Of a DNA stretch of 64,000 nt, positions 59,601 to 64,000 are shown in pieces; the first letter of the stretch is position 1, and every line of letters begins with the position of its first letter. The notes under the pieces are model-generated. The model was not told the DNA's origin, did no database searches, and saw only the letters and a program-made list of their open reading frames with translations. The stretch covers positions 158,906,001 to 158,970,000 of the forward strand of contig NW_027362768.1 of assembly GCF_046119375.1 (NCBI RefSeq). The letters run 5' to 3'. This DNA is from Phyllobates terribilis (taxonomy: Eukaryota). Made by a program: the position numbers and the translations under genes.

Positions 59601-62220
59601 GATTGTGGAGCCTACTGAAACAGACTAAGGGACCTTTTTAAACGCTTAGGAAGCCTTTGCAGGTGTTTTTTGCTAATTATTTTAATTTACTGAGATAGTG
59701 ACTTTTGTGTTTTCATTGGCTGTTAGCCATAATCATCAACTTTAACAGAAATAAACACTTGAAATAGATCACTCTGTTTGTAATGACTCTATATAATATG
59801 AGTTTCACTTTTTGTATTGAAGAACTGAAATAAATTAACTTTTTGATGATATTCTAATTTAGTGAGATGCACCTGTATATCAGATGCTCACTCCTCCTTC
59901 TCCTTCATTCTTTAGGCTGAATTCATACATCCTTGGAGCACAGACCGTGCTCTGATTGCAATACCCAGAGGGTCCGGTGGGCGATCGGCCTCATGGTATA
60001 TAGTATACAGATATAAAGTGCTGCACACAGACTGATGGAAGAGCATGGACAGCGGCTGTACATTTACATATGATGTAACTAGACATGTGATATTTTGTGG
60101 GTCTCACCTCCAACTACGTAGATCTTCCCCTCCAGGACGGCGGTGCCCGTCCCGCTTCGTGCTTGGTGCATGGAGGACACCGTACTCCAGTACTGGCTGA
60201 ACGTATCAAACCTCTCCACGCAGCTCAGCGCTCTGCTGTCAGTCCACCGCCCCCCCTGCAGACGGATGTATCCTCCTGTATGGAGGGAGAGCTGTGTGTT
60301 AGGAGACAGACGGGTAGGAGGAGCTTGGTATCACTCCCTCACGCACCTTTCAGGATAGCCTTACCTATCGCGTAGAGGAATTTACGTGCTTTCCTGCGCG
60401 GTCGGACACGCGAGTTCTGGAGGAAGCTGCAGAGCTTCTTATCTTTAGACGACAGGCAGGGTTCAAAGTATTCCCTTAGGAGTGTCTGCAGCGCCACCCT
60501 CAGGCTGAAATCTGTTACTTCTGTAACAAGGAGAGAAAGGCTATGACATGTCCCTGATCAGTTGTGCAGAAAACAGTGACAGTTCTTTCACAGACAGCAA
60601 AGGGCCCCTGTGCAAGAACAATATATGGGCCCTTCGCAGCCTGAGAGGTCCTAAAAATGCAAAATTGCGCCTGCTTTGGAGGTGGTAGTGGTCCCCTTAC
60701 CTCTAGGGCCCGTGTGGTTGCACCAATGATATGTCCGCTCCTGGTTCTTACCTTCGATGTTCTTCTGAAGACGCTGCGGAGGGAGCAGGGAGAAGCGCAC
60801 GGGCTCCAGCACCTCGACGACATGTCTCTTCCGAGTTGCAGTGTCTTTCTGAAGCCAAGACATTGCGGCGGAGAATACCTGATGCTCGTCTTCGATACAC
60901 AGATCTTCGCTGTGCAGGAGGCGGATCAGCTGTTCTTTTGTCAGCATCAGAAATTCGTCCCCCTGCTGCGCCGCCGGGAAATGAGCGTGGATGTAACTCT
61001 CGGTGAAGTCTAACAATGGCTGACAGGCCAGCTGCTCGGAGAACTGGAAGAAGCCAATGCAATTGCCTGGCTCTATCTGCTCCTTTAAGAAATCGCAGCA
61101 CAACGCCACCACGTGGTTCAGCTGCAACATGTCGGCCGCTGTCATCAGTTCCTGCACGTTCTCTGGACTGATAAGCACTGAGCCTGGGACAGAAAACAGA
61201 AAATCTACAGTAAATACAAGCCCTTTTCTGTGTCTGGGAAAGCTGGGTGACCACCAATATGGCGGCAAATCCATCTCCCAGGGTACTACCCCGGCTTATA
61301 CATTCCTGCCTAATGATGGGATCGCATAGGGATCTTTCAGAATAACCGTATTGCTTCTCACCCAGCTTTCATCTCTGGAACCTTGCAAGTGATCACCGCT
61401 TACTGACGTCTATATATTAGGATGTTGTTGCAGTGATACATTCTTTGCTTACTTATTAGTACAAAAGTAGGATATTTACCTTCCAGGAGTCTAGAAAAAT
61501 TGATGCAAAAGCTATAATGACATTATTGCTTTTACCCAACTTTCCCAGCTATGGATATGACTAGAAAAAGCTGAATACGTTTTTTTAAAAAAAACAAACA
61601 AAAACAAAACATGATGACATGTTACAGATGTAGCAGAACTGACTTTGTATTTCCACTGTTTCTTTTATAAATTGCAATAATTCACCTACAGCTTTATGAA
61701 AACCACAGACACCACAAGGCGATATCGCTGCACATGGAGCAGCGTAAAAGTTTAAGACTTAAAATGCACCAAATTTATCACAGATTCTCATACTGGATGA
61801 TATATCTGGTTCATCTTTAGTCTAAGTGTATAGTAAATCTCCCCCACACACTCAGCTCTGCTACATCTGTAAATATAAAAGTCATTCTGATTTCAGGCAC
61901 AAGAGATGGGGAAATAATCACCGTATCCACTCACCAGTGTAGATAAAATCCAGCAGCAGCTGAAAGACGTCGGCTTCCACCTCCTGAATCCGGACAACAT
62001 CACCGCACGACTCCTTCATGCCACCTGACAGCAGGGCTGCAAAGTAAGGACTGCTGGCGGCCAGCACCAGTTTGTGCACCCCGAAAACCACCTGACCGAT
62101 GTGGATGTGCAGGTCGCAGAACTCCAGCTGCTGCCTCATCTTATTCATCTGCTGCAGCACCTGCTGTGCGTGCTTTTCTACTGAGTGCAAGGAGGCGGCC
62201 ATGCACGGGGTAGACGCCAT
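51727..62220 (-). CDS. IPP: Actin-binding BTB-BACK-Kelch protein IPP (KLHL27), 582 aa, 8 coding exons
   Basis: join(minus): 61935-62220, 60752-61183, 60365-60520, 60108-60275, 54178-54315, 53967-54089, 52244-52464, 51727-51951 = 1749 nt, GT-AG with matching phases; motifs [63 protein letters not shown]. Confidence 0.96.
52244..52464 (-). CDS. IPP: IPP coding exon 7 (Kelch)
   Basis: [16 protein letters not shown]...TVEKFSFLE; 221 nt. Confidence 0.93.
52556..53574. mobile_element. Non-autonomous Tc2/pogo-like element in IPP intron
   Basis: TA|CCGTATTTTTCGGACTATAAGATGCAC ... GTGCGTCTTATAGTCCAAAAAATATGG|TA; inserted in remnants of the 85-bp minisatellite. Confidence 0.82.
53967..54089 (-). CDS. 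IPP: IPP coding exon 6 (Kelch)
   Basis: [15 protein letters not shown]...FACCESQ; 123 nt. Confidence 0.93.
54178..54315 (-). CDS. IPP: IPP coding exon 5 (Kelch)
   Basis: [21 protein letters not shown]...AIYAM; 138 nt. Confidence 0.93.
54401..58546 (-). mobile_element. Long decayed L2-clade LINE (N-terminal region, AP endonuclease, RT, 3' tail) in IPP intron
   Basis: APE motifs ALWNSRS, LTETW and MGDFNIP; [17 protein letters not shown]; (AAT)n tail near 54401-54418; many frameshifts; same family as 2787-4420; 5' boundary approximate. Confidence 0.9.
56008..56579. mobile_element. 572-bp palindromic PIF/Harbinger-type MITE nested in the L2
   Basis: TTA TSD (56005-56007, 56580-56582); TIRs AGGCCCCGTCACAC / AGCCCCCGTCTCAC; removing it and one TTA restores L2 codons [12 protein letters not shown]. 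Confidence 0.92.
58606..59875 (-). mobile_element. Internally deleted DD34E Tc1 element with about 200-bp TIRs
   Basis: TA|CAGGCGCATCTCACTAAATTAGAAT ... ATTCTAATTTAGTGAGATGCACCTG|TA; transposase fragments [14 protein letters not shown] and (frameshifted) NSPDLNLIE. Confidence 0.88.
58836..58956. mobile_element. 121-bp piggyBac-like MITE nested in the Tc1
   Basis: TTAA|CCCATTATCTACCAA ... TTGGCAAGTAATGGG|TTAA. Confidence 0.75.
60108..60275 (-). CDS. IPP: IPP coding exon 4 (Kelch)
   Basis: [11 protein letters not shown]...KIYVVG; 168 nt. Confidence 0.93.
60365..60520 (-). CDS. IPP: IPP coding exon 3
   Basis: [14 protein letters not shown]...[13 protein letters not shown]; 156 nt. Confidence 0.93.
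60752..61183 (-). CDS. IPP: IPP coding exon 2 (BTB/BACK)
   Basis: [13 protein letters not shown]...QRLQKNIE; 432 nt. Confidence 0.94.
61935..62220 (-). CDS. IPP: IPP coding exon 1 (BTB)
   Basis: ATG 62220, exon acceptor at 62239, donor GTGAGT. Confidence 0.93.
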
Positions 62221-62273
62221 GATTGTGACACAAGATGAGCTGGAAAATAAAAGATAACACGCTTTAGCCTTAA

Positions 62274-62978
62274 AGGGAATCTGTCAGCAGGTTTTTGCTA
62301 TGTAATCTGAGAACAGCATGATGTAGGGGCAGCGACACTGATTCCAGTGATGTGTCACTTACTGGGCGGCATATTGCCGTTTTAATATAAGCAGGAGATT
62401 ATCACTACAGGACTAGGTGTCTGGTGTCTCCTGGACAACTTGTTCTGTGTAACCCCCACCCCAACAATAATTGTCAGCTTTCTGCCTATGCACAGTGTAC
62501 ACAGGAAGATGCCAATCAGTAATGTGGGCGTGGTTATACAAGACTCAGCATTTGAGCTCTGCTACATCTACAGCAGAGAAAATAGTGATTGTATCTAAAT
62601 GACAGCAAGTGATACATTGCTAGAATCAGGGTCTCTGCCCCTACATCATGCTGATAGCAGGTTACATAACAAAAACCTGCTGATAAAATCAGACTATTTT
62701 TCTAACAAGAAAAATCACACAAGAGTTTTTAGATGTAGCAGAGCTCAGAAAGCTGCTCCCACCCCACCACAACTCTCTCTGTATACTGTTTATTGACAGC
62801 GAGCTGCTTGTCAGAGGACGGAGCATTGTTGGGCCAGGGCTCACTTCTCCTGTAGTCCAGGCAGTGATAATCTCTTGGTGATAAAACATTCATCGTATGG
62901 AAACAACAGCACACAGGCTAATAAGTGACACCGCTGGAATCAGTGTCTCAGCCCCTCCATCATGCCGCCAGATTCCCT
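62274..62978. mobile_element. T2/Kolobok-type MITE in IPP intron 1
   Basis: TTAA|AGGGAATCTG ... CAGATTCCCT|TTAA. Confidence 0.85.
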
Positions 62979-63525
62979 TTAATGTCTGCAGATCGGCTTT
63001 TATACAGTTGATCGCTGCTCATTTATGGATGTCTAAATAGACAATAAGACCATGGTGTATCAGGCCGGGGGGACACAGGTCACTTCGCTGTAAGCTGCTG
63101 CTACATCACAGTGGAGAGCATGGGGTCAGAGCGCAACACCGGGACACAGAGATCCACCTCAGGGCTGCGGACGCCAGAACCCGGCCGGCCCAGTCACGGC
63201 CGCTGCTGCGCTGTCAGCTCGGGCCCCTCAGGCGGCCAGTATTACCAGGGGCGGACATACCACAGGTCCAACCTGTGCACAGGGGCCCTGGAGGTCAGGG
63301 GGCCACTACAGCCTCCAAAGCAGGTGGAATTGTGCATTATGAGGAGTTATAGAACTGCACAGAGCCCATATACTGTCCCTGCACAGGGGCCTTGGCACCC
63401 TATATCCCAGGTGTGAGGGGACAGCAATGTATCATAGCTGAGGGGTCGCACAGTAACGGCTCCATGTATCAGGGGTGAGGAGACCCCGGGTAACACTGTA
63501 TCACCATCTGCGCCGCCGCACTCAC

Positions 63526-63570
63526 CTGCTCTCCAGCTCCTCAGTCGGGCTCGGCTGTGTTGTGATGACG
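63526..63570 (-). other. IPP: Candidate IPP non-coding exon 1
   Basis: Consensus donor CAG|GTGAGT at 63526/63525 inside a CpG-rich segment; 5' end approximate. Confidence 0.65.
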
Positions 63571-63650
63571 TCATGCCGTTTACGTGCTCTCTGGGATCCG
63601 GCCGGTGCGCGGCCATATTGTAGGTGGCGTGGGGAGTTCCGGTACAGTCG
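63560..63650. promoter_or_regulatory. IPP promoter, probably bidirectional
   Basis: TGACGTCA 63566-63573, TTCCGG (ETS core) 63637-63642, CpG-rich, with opposite-strand donors on either side. Confidence 0.6.
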
Positions 63651-63714
63651 GGGTCCACATGTGTAGTCTGTGCTGCTGTCAGTGAGCTCGGTGCCGCTCC
63701 TGATAACTCCTCAG
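63630..63714 (+). other. Candidate first exon of a divergent plus-strand transcript
   Basis: Perfect donor CAG|GTAAGT at 63714/63715, about 190 bp from the IPP donor; 5' end approximate. Confidence 0.45.
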
Positions 63715-64000
63715 GTAAGTCACGTACTGACACTGACCGGTGCAATCTTCGGGGGCGGCCATTACCAACTATCTCGTGCTTATACAAAAGGAATAACAGA
63801 AATGCTGATAATATGGTCACTGCCGCACTCAGCAAGCTGAACTTCTGAAATACTCTGTGCTGCTGTGAGAACCTGCTCCTTACGCTATGTATTTTTCAGC
63901 CTGTTACCTCTTGTAAAATCAGCATCAATCTGTCCTGAAATCCTCTGTGCCGCTGTGAGACCCTGCTACTTCCACTGTGTAATTCTCAATCAGTTACTTC

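Noticed and set aside
60651-61274. 207-aa ORF as a single-exon BTB/BACK protein
   Set aside because: Only 60752-61183 is IPP-like and it is bounded by CAG and GT; the flanks are intron read-through
1-64000. tRNA, rRNA, snRNA or snoRNA genes
   Set aside because: No cloverleaf, box A/B, or convincing C/D or H/ACA structure recognised by eye; an Infernal/Rfam scan of the introns would be needed to exclude small RNAs

Overview
Vertebrate genomic DNA, most likely an anuran amphibian (inferred from the DIRS, L2, Tc1-sibling and TTAA/TWA MITE landscape). I reconstructed three complete spliced genes by hand, with all splice phases closing: GPBP1L1 (vasculin-like, minus strand, 10 coding exons, 469 aa), TMEM69 (plus, 2 coding exons, 246 aa) and IPP/KLHL27 (minus, 8 coding exons, 582 aa). 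Their order and orientation match the human GPBP1L1-TMEM69-IPP block. There are three CpG-rich promoter regions: about 5.2-5.4 kb (an X-box promoter of a further minus-strand gene, CCDC17 by synteny inference), about 43.5-43.9 kb (GPBP1L1/TMEM69 bidirectional) and about 63.5-63.7 kb (IPP plus a divergent plus-strand exon). The rest is dense in repeats: a full-length but decayed DIRS retrotransposon with ITRs and ICR, two L2 LINEs, Tc1-sibling transposons with DD34E, DD35E and DD38E spacing, many hAT, PIF/Harbinger, T2/Kolobok, piggyBac and Tc2 MITEs, and several minisatellites. No tRNA, rRNA or CRISPR array was seen. I did not find a clearly new biological system. The best leads are a putative multi-exon, uORF-dense GPBP1L1 leader, a rearranged DD38E transposon whose inverted repeat extends exactly to its own start codon, a deletion-made RT-recombinase fusion ORF in DIRS, a scrambled 2A-like motif in an L2, and an unexplained divergent first exon at the IPP promoter. 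All coordinates were read by eye and may be off by a few bases, especially for decayed repeats.
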